Shown here: one piece after another, positions 27,247-38,862 of the stretch | How the letters are laid out: each line of letters begins with the position of its first letter | How positions within the stretch are numbered: the first letter of the stretch is position 1 | Source of the DNA: Malacoraja senta | Lineage: Eukaryota | DNA length: 64,000 nt | Assembly: GCA_038087875.1 (NCBI GenBank) | Contig: CM075990.1 | Coordinates: forward strand, 8,248,001 to 8,312,000 | Reading direction: 5' to 3' | Made by a program: the position numbers and the translations under genes | The notes under the pieces: generated by a model | Database searches by the model: none | What the model was told of the DNA's origin: nothing | Seen by the model: the letters and a program-made list of their open reading frames with translations, nothing else

Positions 27247-27472
27247 CAGAGTTTGTACGTTCTCCCCGTGACCTGTGTGGCTTTTCTCCGAGATCTTCTG
27301 TTTCCCCCCACACTCCAAAGATGTATAGATTTGTAGGTTAATTGGCTTGGTATCAATGTAAATTGTCCCTAGCATGTGTGGGATAGCGTGTGCAAGGACT
27401 GCTGGTCAGTGCGGACTCGGTGTGCTGAAGGGCCTATTTCTGTGTTATACTGTATATCTAAACTAAACTAAA
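27247..27472 (+). mobile_element. 5'-truncated HE1-like V-SINE
   Basis: Starts in the V-domain; ends in (CTAAA)n. Confidence 0.85.
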
Positions 27473-27920
27473 TATTTCCCCTCTCACGTTAAACCTGTGT
27501 CCTCTAATTCTTGAGTGCCCTACTCTGGGTAAAAATACTCTGTGCATCTACCCCATCTATACCGCTCATGATCTTAAACACCTCTAGAAGATTCCTTCTC
27601 GTCCTCCTGTGCCCCAAAGTCTGCCCAACCTCTCACTACGTCTCAGTCTTTCAACTCCTGGCAGCATCCTCATAAATCTTCTCTGCACTCTTTCCAGATT
27701 AACATCATCTTTCCTATCGCAGGGTGACCAAAACTGAACACATTACTCCAAAGTTAGACACAAAAAGCTGGAGTAAATCAGCGGGACAGGCAGCATCTCT
27801 GGAGAAAAGGAATGGGTGACGTTTCGGGTCGAGAGCCTTCTTCTAAACCAGCATCTGCAGTTCGTTCCTACACATTACTCCAAATGCGGCCTCAGCAAAG
27901 TCTTGTACAACTGTAACATA
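27473..27920 (-). mobile_element. CR1 ORF2 fragment with nested Penelope-derived piece (about 27754-27870)
   Basis: Minus strand LYKTLLRPHLE and CVQFWSP remnants. The insert is flanked by the 15-bp repeat ACACATTACTCCAAA. Confidence 0.85.
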
Positions 27921-28183
27921 AATCAAACTTAGATATGAGCTGAGGTGTTCTTCTGACCTCTGCAAGAGAAATACCGATTGGTTTCAGTGGCAACTTCATT
28001 AGTGAAGGTGCAATAGATTTCGGAATATTTTTTTCCTAATCTTGCTGCCTTCCAATCCCTGACAGTAGTGCTCAGTTCCTGTGTGTTTCCAGCACTGTCT
28101 CCCAGCCCAGGAGCATTACTGGCCACAAAGGAAACCCCCATCTTCTCCACACTGGACATGAGCAACTAACACATGAAGGCTGC

Positions 28184-28410
28184 CCAAGATAGACACAAAA
28201 AGCTGGAGTAACTCAGCGGGACAGGCAGCATCTCTGGGGAAAAGGAATGGGTGACGTTTCGGGTCGAAACCCTTCTTCAGACCGAGAAGGGTCTCGACCC
28301 GAAACGTCACCCATTCCTTCTCTCCAGAGATGCTGCCTGTGCCGGTGAGTTACTCTAGCATTTTATGTCCATCTTTGAATTAAACCAGCATCTGCAGTTC
28401 TTTCCTACAC
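28184..28410. mobile_element. Fold-back Penelope-derived insertion with arms of about 90 bp
   Basis: 28187-28276 is the reverse complement of about 28285-28376. Direct repeat ACACATGAAGGCTGC at 28169-28183 and 28407-28421. Confidence 0.9.
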
Positions 28411-28442
28411 ATGAAGGCTGCATTCTCTTTCTTTCCCTGCAG

Positions 28443-28751
28443 GCAGTGATGCTGCCGTACTTGACCCTCCTGTGCATTTGCACTTACACTCGCAGCTCAT
28501 CCAACTAATTGCAGACGCACGCGTTGCCTCCCTTGCTTTAACTCCGCTCTACGAGTTGCTTGACGAAGCTCTCAGCCGGCTTGCTGGTGTTTGGTGAACT
28601 GGAGCAGCTGACCTCCCCCCTGGCTCCCTCTCCTCTGACACTCGGCACGGATTCACACAGCCTGCAGTGGGGAAATTGAACTTTCATGGTTGATTTTCTG
28701 CTGCTTCTTGCTGTTATCCTCACACTCCCAGTCTCGCATTCAGCCCACAAG
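28443..28751 (+). other. Candidate host exon: 5' UTR plus a signal-peptide-like start MVDFLLLLAVILTLPVSHSAHK (28686-28751)
   Basis: Acceptor TTCTCTTTCTTTCCCTGCAG|G, donor AAG|GTGAGA, non-repetitive sequence, hydrophobic 22-codon ORF running into the donor. Gene not recognised. Confidence 0.45.
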
Positions 28752-29224
28752 GTGAGAACTATGTCCTTGAGCGCTCAATGAAGATGTTTCCTTGCTGAAT
28801 TTGTTTTTAAATCCCTGTTGCCAATTGTAACTTATCCTCTGCTGAAACTTGGATTCTATTGGAGTAATAATTGTGTAACACAGGAGCTTTGTAGTTATTC
28901 CAAGGGCAGGAGATTTTCTTTGCACAATGTGCCTGTCTTATATATACATGCTGTGATGTTACAGATTCTTATGACTGCAGCATTGCTCCTTGCAACAGCA
29001 AAGAAATACCCCTCAGCCTCTGATTTCCCCCACTTCCTCCAGACCTCTAATCCGACAGTCTCTAAAGATGCCCACCCACTTGACAGCCCCCCCCCCACTC
29101 AGCCCCCCCCCCCCCCGTACCCTCACCCCGATAACACAGCGACGACATGTTGGTCACTAATAACCCGAGCCTTCTATTTGCTATCAGTGGTAAAGGCTGT
29201 TCCCTGCTCTTGATCCCTCCCACT

Positions 29225-29570
29225 GCGCACACACACATGCAGACAAACACACTCAGACATGCAGACAAACACACACACATGCAGACACAAACACACATAC
29301 AGACAAACACACTGAGACACATACAACAGACATACACACCACGCATGCACACACACACACACGCACACACAAACACACACGCAGACAGACACACTCAGAC
29401 ACACACAGCAGACACAAGCTCACACGCGCGCACATGCAGATGCGAACACACAAGCGGACAGACACACAGCACACACTCGCATCCATACACGCACTCACAC
29501 ACGCGTACACACACACATGCATACACATGCATTTGCACGCACACACACACACATATGCCGACACATGCAT
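29225..29570. repeat. Degenerate CA-rich simple repeat
   Basis: Directly visible. Confidence 0.9.
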
Positions 29571-30559
29571 GTGATCTAGGTTTGACGAGTTGAAAGTCGT
29601 GTTAATTATTGCCTTACAATCCTGGCACACTAAATGGCAAAAATAACCTCAATAAAACGGCCATTTTTTCAGTAAAGTTCATTCAAATGTTAATTGTATC
29701 GGTATGTAAAGGTTAATAGTAGATATTAACACCTTAACTTTTGAAACTGAGACTGCACTGGTGTAAAGGTATATAGGAAACGTTGAGGTGATTAATTGTG
29801 CTATAATTGTCAACCTATTCATGAACCATTGTGCATTGTAATCTATTGATGTCATGTTCATCTTCTCAGGTGCATGTTCATGGAATACAAACCCATTCAC
29901 CTTTGACATCACCATGTTATCGGTTGCATTCCTCAAGGAACCAGCCGAAGATAGACAGTCGGTTTCCATTATTAGCAAATACAACACTCGCTGTAAAACG
30001 CCGTCTGACTTGACTCTCTAATGCACCGTGTGACTCAGATGCTTGTAATAATGCCACAACTGTCATCCTCACAAAGAAATGAGCACAATAGGGAAATCCA
30101 GAAATCGTCTGTACCTCATTGGGAATGTATCTACTTGCAGATATAATCCTAACTACCCTCAATACTCTGTTTGTGAACCTCGCACTAAACGTTATTCGCT
30201 TATCATGTATCTATACACTGTAAATGGCTCGATTGTAACCATGTATTGTCTTTCCGCTGACTGCATAGCATGCAACAAAAGCATTTCACTATACCTTGAT
30301 GCACGTGACAATATACTAATCTGAACTAACCTCAGGAGGGTAAGGGCCTATGGGTAATTTATCACATGTGCCAATAACATTGTTATGAACTGACGAATGC
30401 CAAATTACAGGAAAATAAATCATATTATTATATTTATGGTGATCAACTACTTATCGTCATTTTTTTAATGTCTTTCCTGCATCATTATATTGAATCCATT
30501 AATCCTTGACAACTTTATTAGTGAGTGCAGCAGAGCTCTGCTTGTGTACCTGTCAATCG

Positions 30560-30735
30560 TTTTCAAGAGAGAGTTAGATTTAGCTCTTAGGGCTAAAGGA
30601 ATCAATGGATATGGGGAGAAAGCAGGAACAAGGTACTGATTTTAGATGATCAGCCATGATCATATTGCATGGCGGTGCTGTCTCGAAGGGCCGAATAGCC
30701 TACTCCTGCATCTATTTTTCTGTTTCTATGTTTCT
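30560..30735 (+). mobile_element. CR1/HER1-type LINE 3' end
   Basis: Same tail subfamily as 16097-16265. Confidence 0.85.
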
Positions 30736-30802
30736 ACTGTATGTGTCAAGGTGGAAACACAGAATGTCACATTCAATCTTTCTTCCTCTCGGTGACCGAA
30801 TA

Positions 30803-31126
30803 GGGCGGCAAGGTGGCGCAGCGGTAAAGTTGCTGCCTTACAGAGATTACACCGCCAGAGACCCGGGTTCGATCCGGACGACGGGTGCTGTCTGTACGGA
30901 GTTTTTAATTTCTCCCTGTGACCCACGTGGGTTTTCTCCGAGATCTTCTGTTTCCTCCCACAATCCAAAGACGTACAGGTTTGTAGGTTGATTGGCTTGG
31001 TATAAATATAAATTGTCCATAGTGTGTGTTGGAGAGTGGTAATGTGCGGGGATCGCTGCTCGGTGTGGACTCGGTGGGCCGAAGGGCCTGTTTCATGCTT
31101 TAATCTCTCAACCAAACTGAACTAAA
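30803..31126 (+). mobile_element. HE1-like V-SINE
   Basis: A and B boxes, V-domain, tail. Confidence 0.9.
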
Positions 31127-31176
31127 TTTCCCCTAGTCTCTGGGCAGTGGGTCCCACAAGGCTGTGGGTCCCACAA

Positions 31177-31585
31177 GTTGCTGCCTTACACCGCTAGAGA
31201 CCCAGGTTCGATCCTGACCACAGGTGCTGTCTGTACGGAGTTTGCACGTTCTCCCGGTGACCGCGTGGATTTTCTTCGGGTGCTCCGGTTTCCTCCCACA
31301 CTCCCAAGATATGCAGGTTTGTAGGTTAATTGGCTTCCATAAATTGCCTCGAATGTGTTGGATAGGGCTAACGCACTATCCACGTGTGTTGGGTGATAGC
31401 TATCGGGTGATGGCTGGACGGCTTGGATTCGGTGGGCCGTAGATAGACACAAAATGCTGATGTAACTCAGTGGGACAGGCGGCATCTCTGGAGAGAAGGA
31501 ATGGGTGACGTTTCGGGTCGATATCCTTCTTCACACCCGGTGGGCCGAAGGCGTGTTTCCATGCTGTATCTCTAAAGTCTAAAGA
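31177..31585 (+). mobile_element. HE1-like V-SINE interrupted by a Penelope-derived piece (about 31441-31535)
   Basis: The insert is flanked by duplicated CGGTGGGCCG. Confidence 0.88.
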
Positions 31586-31874
31586 CCTGATCCTTTCCCT
31601 TGTGTGTTCTGCAGTAGCATAATCCATGGTGGAAAGTGTATAAATGCTATTCAATAGTATCCAGCTGTCTCGACACCTGGAAACTGCTTACCTTAGTTGC
31701 AATGGTTCAATAAGCTACTGGCTTTTGGCAATGGCTCTCTAACTCACTGCTGAGCAACAAGGAACCTTCAGGCTCATGGTTGAAATTTAATCTGACATGC
31801 TGGTGAAAATAGATTTAGTTAAATATTTACAAGGGAATTTGAAAGAGAGAAATTTGCAGAGATATGGCAAGTGT

Positions 31875-32038
31875 TTTCAAGAGGGAGTTTAGCCCTCAGG
31901 GCGAATGGAATCAAGGGATATGGAGAAAAAGCAGGAACGGGTTACTGATTTTAGATGATCAGCCATGATCATATTGAATGGCAGTGCTGGCTCGAAGGGA
32001 CGAACGGTCTACTCCTGCACCTATGTTCCTATGTTTCT
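31875..32038 (+). mobile_element. CR1/HER1-type LINE 3' end
   Basis: Conserved tail GATCAGCCATGATCATATTGAATGGC...ACTCCTGCACCTATG. Confidence 0.85.
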
Positions 32039-32954
32039 AAGTGTGTTGTGATGGATGAACAATTTCTTTGGACGAAATGGCTTCCTCCTGTTCCTGCGAT
32101 GCGTTCAAAAGGTAATCACAGTGAATAAAACTTACTGCCAGTGATTGTCCGACCAACGCAGTTCTGAAAGAGGTTGTCGCCACAGTGTTTAGACTGAGAT
32201 CTCGGACTTGGTCATTGTTTCTATTTTTTAGTTGAAGTGGTTATTTGATGTGTGCATAATGATGACACCTGATTTCCTCTCCGCTTGTCTAAGACATCAA
32301 AGATTGTATCTCGGAATTAAAAAAAGGGGGGAAAACAAAATCGTGGTGCAAGAGGTTAATTAGGTTCCAGTTTGATATGGAGAATTGTGGTTTAATTATT
32401 TCCCCTGGTATTGTGGTGAGAGGGTATAATTAATATTTTTATTCACGCTACTCTTTCTACATACTCCTGGTGGTCACCCTTTGCCTGACTGTGGCAGACT
32501 GAGAGCATCCTCAAAGCAAGAAAGTGCGAACAAAGGAGCAAAATCCTGTCTGTGCTGTGAGCACACAGAGGTAACACACAGTTGATGTTTCGCTTCTGCT
32601 ATTAGCCCTTTGATGTCCCTGCTATAGAATAAATTGTCACATTCTAATTAGGATCAATCATTAATATGAATGGGTCCGCTTGCCCAATAGGCAGCTTCTT
32701 TTGTTAAGCAACATGTTGCCTCTTGTCAAGTAAAATTTAACTATGAGTGCTTGACAATGCCACTTAGACGGTGCGGATAAATCATCATGACAGGCAGTAC
32801 ATTTTCTCCAAACCATATATCATATGGAAACAGCACACGTTTAAAATCCACATTGCAGTGAAATGTGACATTGCGATTTCTGCAGCCACCAATTCAAACA
32901 GGGTTCTGAACCAGTTCTAGGGCCTTGGTGGGCAGAGGGTTTACACTCACTGTA

Positions 32955-33112
32955 GAAACAGAGAACTATCCCAACGTTTAAGAAACAGTTAGACAGGTAC
33001 ATGGATAGGTTTGGAGGGATGTGGGCCAAACGCAGGCAGGTGGGATGAGTGTAGCTGGGACATGTTGGCCGGTGTGGGCAAGTTGTTTCCATGCTGTATC
33101 AGTCTATGACTC
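32955..33112 (+). mobile_element. CR1-type LINE 3' end
   Basis: Homologous to 21480-21648. Confidence 0.8.
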
Positions 33113-33355
33113 TAACTGCAGATGCTGGTTTGTACCAAAGATAGACACAAAGTGCTGGCATAACCCAACGGGTCAGGCGGCATCTCTGGAGCAAAAGGAT
33201 AGGCGATGTTTTGGTTTGGGACCCTTCTTCTGAAGAAAGGTCCGGACCCAAAACGTCACTTATCTATGTTCTTCAGAGATATTCCCTGATTCAGTGAGTT
33301 ACTCCAGCACTTTGTGTCTTTGTTTTTGTAAAATAACATCTGCAGTTCCTTGCGT
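33113..33355. mobile_element. Fold-back Penelope-derived insertion
   Basis: Inverted arms meeting at CTTCTTCTGAAGAAAGG. Confidence 0.8.
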
Positions 33356-33919
33356 CTCCAGATTCTCAGACACACCCTGATAGATGCTTGGGTATAAGTT
33401 TAGAATTCCCTAAATTAGATATGCGTGCGACAAATTGGGTTGGCTGAGGTCAGGTCATGATAATTGACCCAGTGTCTTACGCCAGCACATTTTGTCTATC
33501 TTTAGTTTACACATGCTCTTGAGTTTCATTTGTGTTTGTAGACTTGTTCAATGTTATCAGCTGGTATGGATCAGCATATGGATCAGAAATTAGTTGAACT
33601 TTGCATGATGTTCAGCACAGACTTTGTGGGCCGAATGGCCTGTTCCTGTTCTAAATTCTATGTTATGTTTGAGACATTGTTCTTCAGACCACATCACCTA
33701 ACCCGTGGGTATCATAAGTCATAAGTCTGATCAACATGGGAACATAGTTTGTTCCTAACTTCAAGCGAAGGTTGATCATCTGCTCTTTTTGGGACTGCCG
33801 ACCGTGAGATCTTGCTGTGTGTGAACTAGATGCCCAAGGCTAAGGCCCAATGTGCTAATGATGTACCTGGAGATGCTCTTCAAGAGATGTGTGTGGTTAC
33901 AAAAGCATGTAGCTTCTAG

Positions 33920-34347
33920 TAACGATCCCCCGCTATTAACACTTAAGGGCCTGTCCCACTTGGGCGTCATTTGCACGTCACGCAGAAGATTTTGTACATC
34001 CCAAATTCCTGGGGTGCCGCTCGTGACCCTGACTACGTCACCACACACCATGCGCGCATCACGAGCGCATCGTGCGTTGTGACTCGTAAATGATGTTGAG
34101 TAAATTACGCGCAAATGACGCCCAAGTGGGACAGGCCTTTTAGCCTACAAATTCTAGGGATAATTTACGCTTACACCAAATCAATTAGCCAACAAACCTT
34201 TACGTCTTTGGGGTGTGGAAGGGGACCGAAGATCTAGGAGCAAACCGACGCCGTCACGGGGAGAACGTGCAAACTCCATACAGACAGCACCTGTAGTCGG
34301 GATCGAACCCGGGTAAGGCAGCAACTCTACTGCTGCGCCACCGTGCC
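33920..34347 (-). mobile_element. HE1-like V-SINE interrupted by a MITE
   Basis: SINE sequence CGATCCCC...TTAACAC resumes after the MITE as CCTACA... Confidence 0.85.
33946..34139. mobile_element. PIF/Harbinger-type MITE
   Basis: Terminal inverted repeat (TIR) AGGGCCTGTCCCACTTGGGCGTCATTTGC, about 29 bp; TTA TSD at 33943-33945 and 34140-34142. Confidence 0.9.
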
Positions 34348-34877
34348 TTCCAGTGGAGTCAAAAGTTTCTAGGAGAAAAATGAGGAACCATAAACGAAAA
34401 ATAGCACTCGAAGTATACAAACCTGTTAATCTAGGGAGTTTTGGAAAAAGACAGGAGATTGGAAGGTTAATAATAGATAGCAAAATAAAGGAATATGGCA
34501 AGTAAAATTATGACGACTGTTATTTCCTTGCTTGGAGAGTAAATGAGGGATAGGATTGTTTGGGATGAATAGCCTGTTTCTCTGTTGTGATGTGTCCCTT
34601 ACAATTTCTGCATTTCATTTCTAAATCCAACTGCAGAAACTTGCACAAACCCTGCAGCTTATAATTTTCCTCAAGTTCCTGTGAACTTTTGTTTGAAGTG
34701 TTAGAAAAATGGCAAGGCCAGCTATTTCTGTACACATACACAAAATGTGTTCATCTTTCTCTGGAGATACTAGTTAAGAGGTATATAACGGCCAACATTC
34801 CTGAAGAATTATCTACTCTCCGTGCATTACTCATATTTTCTTAGGACGTCAGAAGCCGTTTGGCCCATTGAGTCCAA

Positions 34878-35218
34878 GTCAAGTCAGATCTATTCATCAC
34901 GTGCACAATAAAGTGCAGTGAAATGAACTTGCCAGCAGCGGTACAATGAAAAAGAACACACAATACACAATAAAAAATCCAACACAGACATCCACCACAG
35001 CATTCATCACTGTGGTGGAAGGCACAAAGTTTAGTCAGTCCACCTCCATTTCCCCCCGTGGTCGGGACCACAAACCTCCGCAGTCGCCGCTGCGGGCGGC
35101 CAGATGTGCAGACAAGGTAAGTCCCGAATCGGTGCTTCCCTACCGGAGACCACGGCTTCAAGATGGTGTAGGCCGCAGGCCGGCGGACGAAGATCTAAAC
35201 TCCCCGCCTCGCCGCAGT
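34878..35218 (-). repeat. Unclassified CpG-rich interspersed repeat with LINE-like tail
   Basis: Minus strand ends GTGCACGTGATGAATAGATCTGACTTGACTTG; CpG-rich body unlike the flanks. Confidence 0.55.
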
Positions 35219-36259
35219 CAATGCTAACTCCCAGAACAATCTCATCAATCCCACTCCCCTCCTCAGTTCAATACTTTGATTAGGCTGCATTTGGGGTATT
35301 GCAGTAATTCTGGTCACCACATTACCGGAAGCATGTGGAGGGTTTGGAGAGGATGTTTACCAGGAGATGTTTACCAGAATGCTTCCTGGATTAGAGTCTG
35401 TGGAGAAAGAAACCGTTAATGTTTCAGCTCAAGGACCCTTTGTCATAACTCGTAAATGATGAGTGCGCTTTGTCCAAAGCCAGTTTATGGCTGACATATA
35501 GTTTGGGGTCAAACTGAAGGACGATGCCAGGTTGGAAATAAAGTGGCCGGTTGTTCTAAGGTTGAAGGTGGAGAAATCTATTGGAGTGTGGTCAGATATT
35601 TTACTTGACCATTGCATCAAACTTGTCAATGATGTGTGCCAGTAAAGGGTCCCCTTAGTTGTGTGGGAAACATCTGCAGGATCTTCAATCTGTATCCAAG
35701 TGAGTAGAGGTCGAACCACTGCCTTTAAGACATCAATTTGAAAAACCGCCTTGGATATATGTGGTCGCTAATTGAAAGTAGTGACAACAGTGGAGAACAT
35801 GTGGTGTCAGGGCACACTGTTGGAAGAGTATGATTGGAAGAGCTTTCTTCTCCTTTTATCTCTGCTCCCTGGATTTGGATTCCACCAAGCAGTGGGAAGT
35901 TAGGTTTCGTTTAGTCTAAGCACTCGAGAAGTGTTTGTGTCTGGTCAATGTTTGCTCAATTCATGTCTGACATATCGTTTAGAATCAAAATGAAGGATGG
36001 CGACAGGTTGGAAACGAGATCATCTGTGTGGCCCGCTGATCTAAGGTTGAAGGTGGCAAGATTTATTAGAGTGTTTTACCTGACAGTGACATCAAACCTG
36101 TCAGTGATATGTCTCAGTAAGCAGTCTGATTTCACTGACACTGTCTCTACTGCAGTTAAGCTTCCTTCAAAAAACCCTTGATGTAAGTGTATGCAGATAA
36201 GTTGCAAATCACGATGTACTCTTATATTCAGTAAGGTTTTGTGCTTCAGACAAAACTGC

Positions 36260-36527
36260 CAGGTGGCGCAGTGGTAGAGTTGCTGCCTTACAGCGCCAGA
36301 GACCCGAGTTTGATCCTGACTATTGGTGCTGTCTGTACGGAGTTTGTACGTTCTCCCCGTGACCTGCGTGGATTTTCTCCGGGTGATCTGGTTTCCTCCA
36401 TTGAGGTGCAGATTTGTAGGTTAATTGGGTTCTGTAAATAGTGCTAATGTATGGGGATCGCTGGTTAGCACAGATTCAGTGGGCAGAAGGGCCTGTTTCC
36501 ACGCTGTATATCTAAACTAAACTATAA
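36260..36527 (+). mobile_element. HE1-like V-SINE
   Basis: Head, V-domain and tail. Confidence 0.88.
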
Positions 36528-37934
36528 ATATTAAAAATGGTGAAAGAAATTTGAAGTGGTGGTTTCCTAGCGATGGGAATTATGTAGGGTGGAAACAAAG
36601 TCTGATAGTTTAATGTACCTAATTCTGACCTAAAAATATAAAACACTTGGTTCCCTAGAGAGTACTTTGTTAAGAGTTTGTGAAGGCAATGTGGGCAGTT
36701 CAGAACAAACAGTTTGATACTCCAGACACCACTGACAAAGGAATTGTGAGCTTCAGTCAGTCAGAAACTTGCTTCATTTTTGATGCACACTTTGTTAATC
36801 AATTTTGAATTTGGGGAGCAGCCATTAGTTCATTGTACCGTTCACCAAAGATGCCGCACCACTTCTCTGCTCTTTCTCCCGATTATGCCTGTCATTTGCT
36901 TCACCGATTACTTCTCTTGTGGATGTTCCCAGCGCCCACGAATCAAACTGTGCCCCTTGTATTTGGCCAGCCGGAGCTGTCGCAATGCCAGAGAGTTTGA
37001 CTTTCACACCTACTGTTTGTCATTCTCCAAAGATCCCACATCTGCCCTTGCCTTGCACTCATTGAAGAACACTACACTGAACGAAGGACTGTGCTCCTTG
37101 CATTGCCGCCACACCAATGAATTCTGCTGTCAAACATAGGCAAAAGCATTTTCAATGTTCGAGTCGTTTGACCTACTTTGTCTAGCCAGAGTGTTTCATG
37201 GTTTCCCAATTCCTTTTGGGCACAGCTTTCAAAACAACGCGTTTTACTGTACCTTGGTACAGGTGACAATAATAGACCTAAAGCTAGTCCTTCAAGTACA
37301 ACCATACAAATGCGTGCATTAGGAGCAAGTGTGGACCATTTGGTCCCTCAAGCCTCTTCTACCTATGACAACATGATGGCTCATTTGCCTGTAATCTTAT
37401 CTCTATATTCCTGCCTCCTATAGGTAACCTTTTATACCTTTGCTTATCAAGAATCTACCTACATCTGCTTTAAGAATATGTCAAGACTTTGCTTCCCCCA
37501 TTCTCTTCTTCTTCTTCTTGCGTATGGCGTGCACAGCCTAAAGTTGCAGGACAACTTGTTCTATTTGATCTTATTTGATTGTGCACATCAGGTTGATTGC
37601 ATTCGTCGAAACAGGGCGGACCACGTGAAGGTTGCAATCTCCCCCATTCTCTGAGGAAGACTGTTCCAAAGGGAGAAGTTTTTTTTTTCAAGTCCAGTTT
37701 CATCTCTAAAATAGATTATCTATATTTAAACTGTGATCCCCAATTCCAGATTCTCCCATTATTGATTATTGTATATTTATTTGTCTGTTGTTGCATTAAT
37801 GAGCCTGTTTAGCTGCAGCAAGTAAGATTGTCATTGTTCTGTTGCCGATACATACGGCAATTAAACAATTACAATTGTTTACAAAATACATCAGTAATGA
37901 ATGGCATGACCCTCAACAGCATTTATATGCAGAG

Positions 37935-38280
37935 GGATCTTGGTAGACAGTCAGAATCTTTTTCCCAAGATGGAAAAATCGAATACTTGAAGACATGGCT
38001 TTAAGCTGAGAGGGGTAAAGTTTGACAGGGATGAACAGGGCAACTATTTTACACAGAGGGTGGTGACATTGGGCCTGGAACGCGCTGCCAGGGTTGGTGG
38101 TTGAGGTAGATAAGATAATGCCATTGAAAAGACTTTTGGATCGGCACATGGAGATGCAGGGAATGGAAGGACGTGGATTATGTGCAGGTAGATAAGTGAT
38201 GGTCTTGGCATCATGTTCAGCACAGACAGCATGGGCCGAAGGGCCTGTTCTTGTGCTGTACTGTTCTATGTTCTATGATC
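37935..38280 (+). mobile_element. CR1-type LINE 3' end
   Basis: GNYFTQRVVT remnant; ends GGGCCGAAGGGCCTGTTCTTGTGCTGTACTG(TTCTATG)n. Confidence 0.85.
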
Positions 38281-38545
38281 TAAGCAGTCTTGAGGAGCAA
38301 TCCTCCACTTTCTCAAGACCTTTCAGGATCTAGTGTTTTAAATAAGAACCCTATCCCTTTTCTAAACTTCACTTGCATAAGACAGTGGGTTGATTTTGCT
38401 TCAAAAGACAGGTTGATGTTATTTTAGACTCATTCATCTGCTCTTTTGCTATTTGGCAACTAAAATAGAATGCAGAGTATTGTGAGGCCCTTGAAGAACC
38501 AAAGAAGGGTCCCGACCTGAAACGTTACCTACCCATGTCCTCCAG

Positions 38546-38862
38546 GGCAGCACGGTGGCGCAGTGGTGGAGTTGTTGCCTTATAGCGCTTGCTGGTTCGA
38601 TCCCGACCACGGGTGCTGTCTGTATGGAGTTTGTATGTTCTCCCCATGACCGCACAGGTTTTATGAGATCTTCGGTTTCGTCCCACACTCCAAAAACGTA
38701 GAGGTTTTTAGGTAAATTGGCTTGGCTTTATATACTTGGTATAAGTGTAAATTGTCCCCAGTGTATGTCGGGTAGTGTTAATGTGCGGGGATTTCTGGTT
38801 GGTGCAGACTCAGTGGGCCGATGGGCCTGTTTCCACGCTGTATCTTTAAACCAAACTAAACT
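38546..38862 (+). mobile_element. HE1-like V-SINE nested in a Penelope-derived fragment (about 38503-38910)
   Basis: Penelope motif ...ATGTCCTCCAG resumes after the SINE tail as AGATGCAGCCTGACCCG. Confidence 0.88.

Noticed and set aside
29870..30013. Possible second exon (acceptor CATCTTCTCAG|G) that would complete a small secreted peptide with the 28686 ORF
   Set aside because: The resulting peptide resembles nothing I know, and such acceptors are common by chance.
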